Assembly (NCBI RefSeq): GCF_965248875.1
Contig: NZ_CBDFKR010000004.1
Span: 104,151-168,150 of the forward strand
Length of the DNA: 64,000 nucleotides
Direction: 5' to 3'
Source: Sphingomonas sp.
GTDB lineage: Bacteria > Pseudomonadota > Alphaproteobacteria > Sphingomonadales > Sphingomonadaceae
Under the pieces are notes generated by a model. It was not told where the DNA came from. It saw nothing but the letters and a program-made list of their open reading frames with translations, and did not search any database. Made by a program: the position numbers and the translations under genes. Numbering within the stretch: the stretch's first letter is position 1; each line of letters begins with the position of its first letter. Below are positions 55,713 to 64,000 of the stretch, in pieces.

Positions 55713-56669
55713 ATGCAGGCGTCGATCATCATCCCGACCTTCAACCGGCTCTGGAGCCTGCCGGACGCGATCGCCTCCTGCCCGCGGCGCGACGATATCG
55801 AGATCATCGTCGTCGACGACGGCAGTACCGACGGCAGCTGGGACTGGTTGCAGGAGCAGCCAGGCGTTCGCGCCATCCGCCAGCCCAATTGGGGCAAGCC
55901 GGCGGCGGTGAACGCGGGGCTGGCCGCGGCGCGCGGCGACTATGTCCGCTTTCTCGATTCCGACGACCTGCTGGTCGACGCCGCCGTCCTCGATCAGCTT
56001 CGCTTGGCGCAGGATCGGCGCGCGGACATCTGCGTCGCGGGCTATTGGGCGGTGTACGAGGCGACGGGCGGGCGTGTCCTGCATGACTGGGTCGACTGCG
56101 GCGACTTCCTCGCCCAGCAACTCGGCGAGTGCGACAGCTCGCATTACGCGGCCTATTGGTTCCGGCGCGACTTCCTTGCGGGACTGGCGCATCGGCCCGA
56201 TTTCGCCTTCCGCGACGATCGCATGTTCGTGATCGAATGCGCCCTGCGCGCGCCGACGGTCGCCGCTTACCCCGAACCGACCCTGCTGCATCGCCATCAC
56301 GGGCGGGAGCGTATCCAGTTCCAGCCGGGGTCCGTCGCCGTCGTGACGAATTGGCAGGAGCTGCAGATGTACCGTAAGATTTATGGGCTGCTGAACGACC
56401 GCGGGCTGGCGACGCGCCGTCGCGTCGTGGCGCTGGCAAAAAACCTCTGGCCGCTGGCGTTGCGAATCGCCGCCTATAACCGCCGTGAAGCGCGTGATAC
56501 GCTGCAATGGATGCGCTCGCTCGATCCGGCGTTCGTCGTCCCGCGACACGGGGTGCACAGGCTTTACCGCGCGCTGGGCTTTACGGTCGCGCAAACGATC
56601 GTGAACGCCGCGCGCAAGGGGCGCAATGCCGGCCGCGGCCTAGCCGCCCTGCGCAAGGGCGCCGCCTAG
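55713..56669 (+). CDS. Glycosyltransferase family 2
   Basis: ASIIIPTFNR..IVVDDGSTDGS..FLDSDDLL. Confidence 0.85.
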   Translation: MQASIIIPTFNRLWSLPDAIASCPRRDDIEIIVVDDGSTDGSWDWLQEQPGVRAIRQPNWGKPAAVNAGLAAARGDYVRFLDSDDLLVDAAVLDQLRLAQDRRADICVAGYWAVYEATGGRVLHDWVDCGDFLAQQLGECDSSHYAAYWFRRDFLAGLAHRPDFAFRDDRMFVIECALRAPTVAAYPEPTLLHRHHGRERIQFQPGSVAVVTNWQELQMYRKIYGLLNDRGLATRRRVVALAKNLWPLALRIAAYNRREARDTLQWMRSLDPAFVVPRHGVHRLYRALGFTVAQTIVNAARKGRNAGRGLAALRKGAA

Positions 56670-58043
56670 ATGCGCGGCGCGATCCTGACGCGCGACGCCG
56701 CCGCGGGGCGCTCGGTGCGGGCGCCGGGCCAGTCTCGGGTATGGCGGCCTGGTCCGCGGACGCATCAGCTGATCGCGGCCGGGACGGTTCTCGCGTTCGG
56801 ATCGATCAATCTGTTCGGGCAGCTCAGCGTGCTGCTGTTCTTTGCGGGCACGGCCGCGGTCGTCGCCTTCAATCCGATCGCCAACGCGCGCGACCTGATC
56901 AAGTTCTCGCCGCTGCTGCTGATCCCGATCGTCGCGATGATCTCGACCATCTGGTCCGACGCGCCGCAGCGGACGATGCGGGCGGCGCTTGAACTGCTGA
57001 TCACCTTCGCAGCCGCCATTCTGATCTGCCGAAATCTGCGGCCCGACCGGTTGCTGCTGGCGATGCTGATCGCGTTCGCGGCGACGATCATGACCGTGCT
57101 GCCCCTGGCGCCCGGCAGTCTGGCCGGCCATTATCCGCTGGTCGCATGGTGGGGGAGCAAGAACTCGGTCGGGTTCGCCGGCTATATGGTCGTCGCGCTG
57201 TCGCTGTGCGTGATGTTCGACCGCGCCCAGCCGCGGGTCGCGCGGATCGCGAGTTTGATCCTGATTCCACCGGGTCTGCTGGTCGCCTATCTCGCGCAGT
57301 CCGGCGGATCGATCTCCACCATCGCGTTGACGGTGCTGATCTTTCCGCCGCTGGCGCTGCTGGCGGCGATGAAGCCGCCGTTGCGGGTGATGGTGATCAT
57401 CTTCGTCCTGCTGTTGTTCGGGATCGCGTGCTTTTTTCTCCCGGACATCAACGCGGCCGTCGCAGATTTCCGCGTCAACGTCCTGAAGAAGGACGCGACG
57501 CTGACCGGACGAACCTATTTGTGGGATTTCGCCAGCCGGCTGGCGACCGCGCGGCCATGGCTCGGCTATGGTTATGGCGCGTTCTGGCGGCAGGGGAACA
57601 TCGACGCCGAGGGGCTGTGGCGGTGGGGCGGGATCGCCAGCCGCAACGGGTTCAATTTCCACAATGCGTTTGTGGAGATGCGCATCGACATGGGCCTGAT
57701 CGGCATGGGGCTGCTGCTCGCCTATTGCGCGATCATCGGTCTGGCGGCGCTGGTGCGTCAGGCGGTTGCGCCCAGCGTGTCGCTCGCAGGGTTCATTGCG
57801 CTGGTCGCGGTCATCTATGTCCACAGCTATGTCGAAGACGGCATCGTCGCGCCGTTCAGCCTGGCGACGGTGATCTGGGTCGCCACCTTCGTCTATGCGG
57901 TGACGCCCGCGTCGGCGGACGGGCTGACCCCCATCGTCCCGGCCGGCGAGCCGTCGACCGGCGGCCCGATCAGGACGCCTCGCCGCGCCCGGTCGCCGTT
58001 GCTCGGGCGCGGCCTGGATCGCCGGTGGCGGGGCGCCGGGTGA
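56670..58043 (+). CDS. O-antigen ligase/polymerase-like membrane protein (Wzy_C family)
   Basis: About 11 TM helices. Periplasmic loop TGRTYLWDFASRL..PWLGYGYGAFW and FHNAFVEM, typical of the Wzy_C family. The ATG directly follows the upstream stop. Confidence 0.75.
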   Translation: MRGAILTRDAAAGRSVRAPGQSRVWRPGPRTHQLIAAGTVLAFGSINLFGQLSVLLFFAGTAAVVAFNPIANARDLIKFSPLLLIPIVAMISTIWSDAPQRTMRAALELLITFAAAILICRNLRPDRLLLAMLIAFAATIMTVLPLAPGSLAGHYPLVAWWGSKNSVGFAGYMVVALSLCVMFDRAQPRVARIASLILIPPGLLVAYLAQSGGSISTIALTVLIFPPLALLAAMKPPLRVMVIIFVLLLFGIACFFLPDINAAVADFRVNVLKKDATLTGRTYLWDFASRLATARPWLGYGYGAFWRQGNIDAEGLWRWGGIASRNGFNFHNAFVEMRIDMGLIGMGLLLAYCAIIGLAALVRQAVAPSVSLAGFIALVAVIYVHSYVEDGIVAPFSLATVIWVATFVYAVTPASADGLTPIVPAGEPSTGGPIRTPRRARSPLLGRGLDRRWRGAG

Positions 58044-58099
58044 CAGTGGTCAGACGCGCGCAAACTCCCTATGACACTGTTCATCAAAGGGGATTGCTG

Positions 58100-59368
58100 A
58101 TGCGTAAGGTGCTGATCCGGACGGGAGCCGCGTGTTTGGTGGGGCTGGCGGCGACGCCCGCCGCGGCCCAGGTCGTGATCGAAGGACAGGGCGTCGCCGA
58201 TCGGCCGCGCCCGGATTACGACGCCGTCGGTTCGCCGTTTCTGGGCTCATGGCGGGCTTATCCCTCGATCTGGCTGATCGGCGAGGCGACCGACAATTAC
58301 CTCGCGACCGACACCAACCGGCGCAGCGACGCCTATCTCTCGGTCGTGCCCGAGGTCTATTTCAAGGACAATGGCGGCCCCAACCGGCTGGAGGCGCACG
58401 CCTTCTTCAGCCAGAGCGTACACGCCAATCTGCCCAACGAGAATGCGGCTTCCGGCGGCGTCTCGATCAGCTCCGCCTATGAACCCGCACGCGACACGCA
58501 GCTGCGCGCCGACATTTCGGCCGCGCATTATGTGGAGAGCCGGTCCAGCCTCGGCGCGTTCCAGGCCGCAGCCGATCCGGTGAAGTTCGAAGCCTATCAC
58601 GCGGGGCTGGGCGTCACCCACAGCTTCGTCGACCTCAGCCTCGGTCTCAACGCGGCGCTCGACCGCGATCAGTTCCACGACACCCATCTCGCCAACGGCA
58701 CGCCGATCGACCAGGATTACCGCGACGTCCGCACCGCCACCGTCGGCGCCACCGCGAATTACGCGCTGCGCAACGGTATCGGGCTGGTGCTCTCGGGCAG
58801 CTATGTCGACGAACGATATGACCTTCGTCCCGGCAAGAACGGCTTCTCGCCCCTCACCAACATCGATCGCGATTCGTCGGGCTACAACATCACGGGGGGC
58901 GTCAGCCTCGAGCTTACCCACCTGGTCTTCGGGACGATCCAGGTTGGCTATCTGTCGCGAAACTACACCGATCCGCGGCTGAACGACTTCAGCGGCCTGT
59001 CGTTCAGCGGCGACGTGCTGTGGAACGTCACGCCGCTGACCTCGCTGCGCTTTCGGGCCAGCCGTTCGGTGCAGGATACGTCATCGACCTTCATCGCCGG
59101 CAACACGCGCAGCGATTTTCGTGTCTCTGTCGACCACGAGCTCTACCGCTACATCATCCTGTCGGGCGATGCCTTTTACGGCCATTTCAGCCCCAACGGG
59201 CCCGGTATCGGCGGCGATGAATATTCGGTCGGGGCGAGCGCGCGTTATCTCATCGACCGCCGCTATTCTGTGAGCGGCGGCGTCCGCCATTCGGGCCGGA
59301 GCTCCGACGCACAGGCGCTGCGCTATCAGGCCAACTACCTGACGCTCAGCTTCCGCGCCGCCTTTTAG
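58100..59368 (+). CDS. Outer-membrane beta-barrel protein (EPS/PEP-CTERM-locus OMP type)
   Basis: Signal peptide MRKVLIRTGAACLVGLAATPAAAQ, alternating beta-strand pattern, terminal ..YLTLSFRAAF (aromatic C-terminus). AAGGGGA lies upstream of the ATG. Confidence 0.65.
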   Translation: MRKVLIRTGAACLVGLAATPAAAQVVIEGQGVADRPRPDYDAVGSPFLGSWRAYPSIWLIGEATDNYLATDTNRRSDAYLSVVPEVYFKDNGGPNRLEAHAFFSQSVHANLPNENAASGGVSISSAYEPARDTQLRADISAAHYVESRSSLGAFQAAADPVKFEAYHAGLGVTHSFVDLSLGLNAALDRDQFHDTHLANGTPIDQDYRDVRTATVGATANYALRNGIGLVLSGSYVDERYDLRPGKNGFSPLTNIDRDSSGYNITGGVSLELTHLVFGTIQVGYLSRNYTDPRLNDFSGLSFSGDVLWNVTPLTSLRFRASRSVQDTSSTFIAGNTRSDFRVSVDHELYRYIILSGDAFYGHFSPNGPGIGGDEYSVGASARYLIDRRYSVSGGVRHSGRSSDAQALRYQANYLTLSFRAAF

Positions 59369-59495
59369 GCGCTCGATCCGCTGTACCGGTGTGGGACGGC
59401 GTTCCCGCCCGGCAGCACCGATTGCCCCGGACGGGGACGCGATGCGGCAAAGCGCACGTGCGTTTGCGGCTGAATCAGGGTATCGGCGCCGCGTC

Positions 59496-60734
59496 ATGTC
59501 GACCATCGCTCTTCATGCGGCCCCCGGACGCCGCCTCGTTCTCTGGCGCGAGGGCGACATTGCGCTCTGGATCGTGACGGTCCTGACGCTCGCCTTCGTC
59601 GCCGCGGTCATCACCGGCCAGATCGGCCCGTGGCGGACGCAGACGCTTCATCCCGCCACGGGCGCGGCGCAGCAGCCGCCATCGCCGCGCCTGCTCGACC
59701 AGCGGGTGCTGCCGATCTCGGCCGAGACCGCAGCCGAGGTCAACGCCGCCCGGCCGATCGTCGCCGGCGCGGTCGTCCCGGCGCAGCCGTTCCGCTTCGC
59801 CGGCACGCCCGCGATGCTGGAGCGCGCGACGGACTGCCTTGCCGCCGCAGGATGGTATGAGGCGGGCGACGACGCCAGCGGCCAGCGCGCGGTGATGCAG
59901 GTCATCCTCAATCGTGCGCGGCACCCCTCCTTCCCATCGACGGTATGCGGCGTCGTGTTCGAGGGATCATCGAGGGCGACGGGGTGTCAGTTCACCTTCA
60001 CCTGCGACGGCGCGATCGTCGGCCGCACGCCGTCGGCCGCCGCCTGGCAGCGGGCGCGGGCCGCAGCGGCGGCGGCGCTGGCCGGGACGGTCGACGCCCG
60101 GGTCGGCTACGCCACCTTTTACCACGCCAATTACGTCGTGCCCTACTGGGCGGCGTCGTTCGACAAGAACGCCCAGGTCGGCCTGCACCTGTTCTACCGT
60201 TGGAAGGGATTCTGGGGAACGCGCGGCGCGTTTCGGCAGCAGGTGACCGGCGACGAGCCAGCGCTGGCGGCGATGGCGCGCTTCGCTTCCGCCTCGACCA
60301 ATCCAGACGGCATCCCGCCACCCGTGCTCGACCCGGCGACGGTGGCGGCCGAACTGGGCACGCCGGCCGTCCCGCCGCCGCCGATCGCCGTCGAAGGTGT
60401 CCGCGAGAAGTCGCTGCGTGGCGCGCTGGTGCGCGGCCATGCCGACAACCAGTTCTTCCTCCAGCTCGATCCGGCGGTCTTTCCCGGTAATTACGCGACC
60501 GCATCGGTGGCGCTGTGCCGGGGCAAGCCGAGCTGCACCGTGCTCGGGTGGCGCGATCCGGCGCAGATGGGCGGCTCGCTGCCGCTCACCGACGCCCAGC
60601 GGGCTGGATTGAGCTTCTACTTCGTTGCGAATGGCGACGGCGCGTTTCGGGCGGTGTGGAATTGTCAGCAGACGCCGCGGAGCAACCAGGCCCAGTGCCT
60701 CGCCCCGGCCGGGCCGCTCCCGCAGCTCGGCTGA
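59496..60734 (+). CDS. SleB-like cell-wall hydrolase (Hydrolase_2) with N-terminal TM anchor
   Basis: ..CLAAAGWYEAGDDASGQRAVMQVILNRARHPSFPSTVCGVVFE..QFTFTCDG..FYHANYVVPYWA.. The start is uncertain (59442 or 59496). Confidence 0.75.
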   Translation: MSTIALHAAPGRRLVLWREGDIALWIVTVLTLAFVAAVITGQIGPWRTQTLHPATGAAQQPPSPRLLDQRVLPISAETAAEVNAARPIVAGAVVPAQPFRFAGTPAMLERATDCLAAAGWYEAGDDASGQRAVMQVILNRARHPSFPSTVCGVVFEGSSRATGCQFTFTCDGAIVGRTPSAAAWQRARAAAAAALAGTVDARVGYATFYHANYVVPYWAASFDKNAQVGLHLFYRWKGFWGTRGAFRQQVTGDEPALAAMARFASASTNPDGIPPPVLDPATVAAELGTPAVPPPPIAVEGVREKSLRGALVRGHADNQFFLQLDPAVFPGNYATASVALCRGKPSCTVLGWRDPAQMGGSLPLTDAQRAGLSFYFVANGDGAFRAVWNCQQTPRSNQAQCLAPAGPLPQLG

Positions 60735-60749
60735 CCCGGCAGCGTCAGA

Positions 60750-60950
60750 TCAGCCGTGCGCGCCAGGAATCAGCGCGTGCAGGAAACGCGTCACCGGTTC
60801 GCGGAAGATGAAGCAGGTCGCGACAAAGGCGACCGGCCAGCGCAGCGCCTCGATCAGCCTGATGGTGAACGTCTTCCAGTTCATCTGCGTCGCTTCGTCC
60901 ATCATCATCTCCTGAACGGGTAGGACGCCTGCGACCACCATCTGGTTCAA
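60750..60950 (-). CDS. Small hypothetical protein (50-66 aa, one hydrophobic helix)
   Basis: Strong G/C bias at third codon positions. GGAG followed by ATGATGATG at 60908-60900, so the start is probably 60902. No homology recognised. Confidence 0.35.
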   Translation of the reverse strand: MNQMVVAGVLPVQEMMMDEATQMNWKTFTIRLIEALRWPVAFVATCFIFREPVTRFLHALIPGAHG

Positions 60951-61855
60951 TCGCCGCCGTGAGAGACCGCGGTCGCCGGGCCGATCAGCTCGTCAAGGAT
61001 GTCGCCCAGCGCCGCCTGCCAAGGACGGGGCTCGATGCCATAGGCGGCGCGGATGGCGTCATGGCTGAGCATCGAATTGGAGGGGCGGCGCGCTGGCGTG
61101 GGATAATCGCTGGTCGCGATGCCCTCGACCGTTGCGCCGGGGCCGCCACGCACCACACTCTGCGCGAAGATCTCGCGTGCAAAGCCGGCCCAGGTCACGG
61201 GACCGGCATTGCTGAAGTGATAGACGCCGGACGGCACGGCCGGATCGTCCGCCAGCCGCATCGCGATCGTCGCCAGCACCTGCGCCAGATCGGCGGCGGC
61301 GGTCGGGCTGCCGTGCTGGTCGTCGACCACCCGCAGCGTGTCGCGGTCGGCTGCCAGGCGAAGCATGGTCTTGACGAAGTTGGCGCCGTGCGCGCTCACA
61401 ACCCAGGCGGTGCGGACGATCGCGTGACGCGCGCCGGCAGTGCGGACCGCCAGCTCGCCGCCGAGCTTAGACGCGCCATAGACGCCGAGCGGGCCGACCG
61501 CATCGTCCGGCTCCCACGCGCCCTGTTTGTCACCGGCGAAAACATAGTCGGTGGAGACCTGGACGAGCGGGATGCCCGCCTTGGCGCACGCCGCTCCGAA
61601 TGCCGCGGGGGCGAGCGCGTTGACCTGCCAGGCGAGCAGCTGGTCGCTCTCCGCCTTGTCGACGGCGGTGTAGGCCGCGCCGTTGATGACCGCGGCCCAG
61701 GGGCGCTCCGCCACCTTGGCCGCGATCGCGGCCATGTCGGTGAAGTCGAGATCGGCGACGTCGATCGCCACCACCTCCCACCCTGCCGGCCACGCGCAGC
61801 GCTGCAACTCGGTGCCGAGCTGGCCGCCGCCGCCGGTGACGAGCACCTGCCTCAT
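60947..61855 (-). CDS. rfbD: dTDP-4-dehydrorhamnose reductase
   Basis: [29 protein letters not shown] motifs. ATGA overlap with rfbB. Confidence 0.9.
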   Translation of the reverse strand: MRQVLVTGGGGQLGTELQRCAWPAGWEVVAIDVADLDFTDMAAIAAKVAERPWAAVINGAAYTAVDKAESDQLLAWQVNALAPAAFGAACAKAGIPLVQVSTDYVFAGDKQGAWEPDDAVGPLGVYGASKLGGELAVRTAGARHAIVRTAWVVSAHGANFVKTMLRLAADRDTLRVVDDQHGSPTAAADLAQVLATIAMRLADDPAVPSGVYHFSNAGPVTWAGFAREIFAQSVVRGGPGATVEGIATSDYPTPARRPSNSMLSHDAIRAAYGIEPRPWQAALGDILDELIGPATAVSHGGD

Positions 61856-62904
61856 GCCGCTACGCCGCGCCGCTCGGCCGCCTTCGCTGCAACCAGTGGC
61901 CGCCACCAGGCTTCATTCCCGAGATACCATTCGACGGTCTTCGCGATGCCGCTTTCGAACGTTTCCCGCGGCTGCCAGCCGAGCTCGTCGCGGATGCGGC
62001 TGGCGTCGATGGCGTAGCGCTTGTCGTGGCCCGGGCGGTCGGCGACATAGGCGAGCTGCGCGGCGTAGCTTGCGCCGTCATGACGCGGGCGCAGCCGGTC
62101 GAGATGCGCGCAGACGGCGTGCACGACCTCCAGGTTCTGCTTCTCGTTGTTGCCGCCGACATTGTAGGTTCGTCCGACCGCGCCGCGCTCGAACACCGCC
62201 TGCAGCGCGCGGACATGGTCCTCGACGAACAGCCAGTCGCGGACCTGATCGCCCTTGCCATAGACCGGCAGGCTCTCGCCCGCGAGCGCGCGGACGATCA
62301 TCAGCGGGATCAGCTTCTCCGGGAAGTGGTACGGCCCGTAATTGTTCGAGCAGTTGGTGATGAGAACGGGCAGGCCATAGGTGTGGCCCCAGGCGCTGAC
62401 GAGATGGTCGGACCCCGCCTTCGACGCCGAATAGGGCGAGCGCGGGTCGTAGGGCGTCTCCTCGGTGAACAGCCCCGTCTCGCCGAGCGAGCCATATACC
62501 TCGTCCGTCGAGATATGGTGGAAGCGGAACGCGCGCTGTGCCTCGCCGTCCAGCGCCTGCCAATAGCAGCGCGCCTCGCTCAGCATCGCGAACGTGCCGA
62601 CCAGATTTGTCTCGATGAACGCGCCCGGGCCGTCGATCGAGCGGTCGACATGGCTCTCCGCCGCCAGATGCGTGACGATGCCGGGCCGGAACGATCCGAT
62701 TGCGGCACGCACCGCGTCGCGGTCGCAGATGTCGCCCTGCACGAAGCGATAGCGGTCGCTTCCGGCCACCTTCTCGACCGTCGACAGCGTGCCGGCATAG
62801 GTCAGCTTGTCGAAATTGAGCACCTCGTGCGAGGTGTTCGCGATAAGATGACGGACCAGCGCCGAGCCGATGAAGCCGGCGCCGCCGGTGACGAAGATGC
62901 GCAT
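61852..62904 (-). CDS. rfbB: dTDP-glucose 4,6-dehydratase
   Basis: [43 protein letters not shown] is canonical RmlB. Confidence 0.95.
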   Translation of the reverse strand: MRIFVTGGAGFIGSALVRHLIANTSHEVLNFDKLTYAGTLSTVEKVAGSDRYRFVQGDICDRDAVRAAIGSFRPGIVTHLAAESHVDRSIDGPGAFIETNLVGTFAMLSEARCYWQALDGEAQRAFRFHHISTDEVYGSLGETGLFTEETPYDPRSPYSASKAGSDHLVSAWGHTYGLPVLITNCSNNYGPYHFPEKLIPLMIVRALAGESLPVYGKGDQVRDWLFVEDHVRALQAVFERGAVGRTYNVGGNNEKQNLEVVHAVCAHLDRLRPRHDGASYAAQLAYVADRPGHDKRYAIDASRIRDELGWQPRETFESGIAKTVEWYLGNEAWWRPLVAAKAAERRGVAA

Positions 62905-62914
62905 CGACAGGTCC

Positions 62915-63481
62915 TCAGGCGAGCGGCGTCAGGGGCGCGCCGTCATAGGCGAAGGGGGAGCGCCAGCCGGCCAGCAGCGGCAGCGCCGCGTCCTTGGGCG
63001 ACAGCGCCGGCGCTGTTCCGGCCGGCAGCGGCCAGTCGATGCCGATCGCCGGATCGTCCCAGCGCAGCCCGCCGTCGCTCTGCGGCGCGTACAGCGAGGA
63101 TACCTTGTACGAGACCTCGCAGTCTGGCTCCAGCGTCAGGAAGCCATGGGCAAACCCGACCGGCACGAACAACTGGCTGCCATTTTCCGCGGACAGCTCC
63201 GCCCCGACCCACTGTCCGAAGGTCGGCGACCCGTTACGAACGTCGACGGCGACGTCGAAAATGCGGCCGCGGATGCAGCGGACAAGCTTCGCCTGGCCGT
63301 GTGGCGGCGCCTGAAAATGCAGACCGCGCAGGGTAAAGGCGGGCACCGACAACGAGTGATTGTCCTGGACGAAGCGGCAGTCGATGCCGCGAGCCGCGAA
63401 CGCCGCCTCGCTATATATTTCGGTGAACCAGCCGCGCGCGTCGCCGTGCCGCTTTGCGGTGATGAGCTGGACGGGTGACAT
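62915..63481 (-). CDS. rfbC: dTDP-4-dehydrorhamnose 3,5-epimerase
   Basis: ..[46 protein letters not shown].. is canonical RmlC. ATG 63481. Confidence 0.9.
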   Translation of the reverse strand: MSPVQLITAKRHGDARGWFTEIYSEAAFAARGIDCRFVQDNHSLSVPAFTLRGLHFQAPPHGQAKLVRCIRGRIFDVAVDVRNGSPTFGQWVGAELSAENGSQLFVPVGFAHGFLTLEPDCEVSYKVSSLYAPQSDGGLRWDDPAIGIDWPLPAGTAPALSPKDAALPLLAGWRSPFAYDGAPLTPLA

Positions 63482-63665
63482 CGACCGTGCGGTAGTGCGC
63501 TTGGTCCCGTCGCACAACGGGCGGCCGGCGGGAGATCCCCGCCCTTCTGCGCCGCTCAGGGAGCAGCGCCGCTTTTCACCTTAGTCACAAAGACTTGGCC
63601 GCGCCGTTTACCCGGCATTAGTTTCTGCCGCGCATTGTTCGGCCTCCCCTTGAAGCGAGGTCATC

Positions 63666-64000
63666 ATGCGCCGGTCATCCATTGCGACACTGGTTCTCAC
63701 GGTCGGCTCGGGCGCGTTGCTGACGGGGTGCGGCGCCGGGGGAGGCGCTGCAAGCGCGAGCGCCATCACCTCGGCCGGGGCGGTCACCGTCGTTTCGGGC
63801 GCGACCGCCAGCGACCCTGTCGGGATGGCCGCCGCCACGGCCGCCGTCACGGTCTTGCCGGCGACGTCGCCCGCGCCGGCGGCGGCTACCGCACCGGCCG
63901 TGACGGTCGCGCCGACGACGGCGGCGGCGGCCGCAACGGTGGCGGCGACCACGACGGCCACGGTGACGGGCGCCGCCATCGTCACGGCCGCCGCGACGGC
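63666..64000 (+). CDS. Ala/Thr/Val-rich low-complexity lipoprotein, 5' part (runs off the window)
   Basis: ATG 63666. Signal and lipobox MRRSSIATLVLTVGSGALLTGC. No stop before the window end, so it is absent from the ORF track. The antisense ORF 63608..63985 is judged a shadow. Confidence 0.45.
   Translation, partial: MRRSSIATLVLTVGSGALLTGCGAGGGAASASAITSAGAVTVVSGATASDPVGMAAATAAVTVLPATSPAPAAATAPAVTVAPTTAAAAATVAATTTATVTGAAIVTAAAT

Noticed and set aside
56640-57824. 394-aa minus-strand ORF
   Set aside because: Antisense to the Wzy-like membrane protein gene. Arg/Asp/Gln/His-rich translation.
63608-63985. 125-aa minus-strand ORF at the window edge
   Set aside because: The opposite strand encodes a proper lipoprotein signal peptide with a lipobox, starting at an ATG with upstream purine-rich sequence. 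The minus-strand product has no start context and reads as Ala/Val/Thr shadow sequence.
1-64000. CRISPR arrays, insertion sequences, prophage blocks, toxin-antitoxin pairs and known defence-system genes
   Set aside because: No regularly spaced repeats, transposase or integrase motifs, reverse transcriptase, nuclease-ATPase pairs or phage structural genes were seen in any frame. The only phage-related signal is the spike-base-like pair at 35.05-36.55 kb.

Overview
By eye this window is about two-thirds G+C. It looks like a chromosomal segment from an alphaproteobacterium, most likely Sphingomonadaceae. That assignment is an inference from the PEPxxWA-type sorting signals, the HWE kinase and the gene order. 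No rRNA, CRISPR array, transposase, integrase or prophage block was seen, and the only RNA gene is tRNA-Leu(GAG). Positions 1-19.9 kb are densely packed housekeeping genes: pbpC 3' end, bamE, a cytochrome P450, an OYE reductase, feoAB with a Fur-box-like site, ssb, an HWE kinase and receiver, metX-GNAT-metW, hisC-tyrC and plsC-ydcF-ftsX-ftsE. Many of these overlap by 4 nt (ATGA or GTGA) at stop and start. Positions 19.9-63.5 kb form one large exopolysaccharide and surface-protein locus. It holds about 15 glycosyltransferase-like genes, Wzx, Wzy-like, Wza, a Wzc-type tyrosine autokinase, a priming sugar transferase, an ExoK-like GH16, and acyltransferases. rmlA lies about 31 kb away from rmlCBD. 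The locus also carries a complete exosortase/EpsI/EpsD module with three PEPxxWA-CTERM cargo genes. The most unusual content is (i) an orphan gene pair resembling the gene-transfer-agent head spike (Rcc01079-like spike base plus an SGNH esterase); (ii) a GT2-GtrA plus GT39 pair that could O-glycosylate Thr/Pro-rich cargo linkers; (iii) several uncharacterised envelope genes wedged between the cargo and sortase genes; (iv) a tail-anchored PilZ protein; and (v) a perfect anti-Shine-Dalgarno hairpin beside the embedded tRNA. All family assignments come from reading motifs in the translations. No database search was run. Many long ORFs in the track are antisense artefacts of the high GC content and were rejected.
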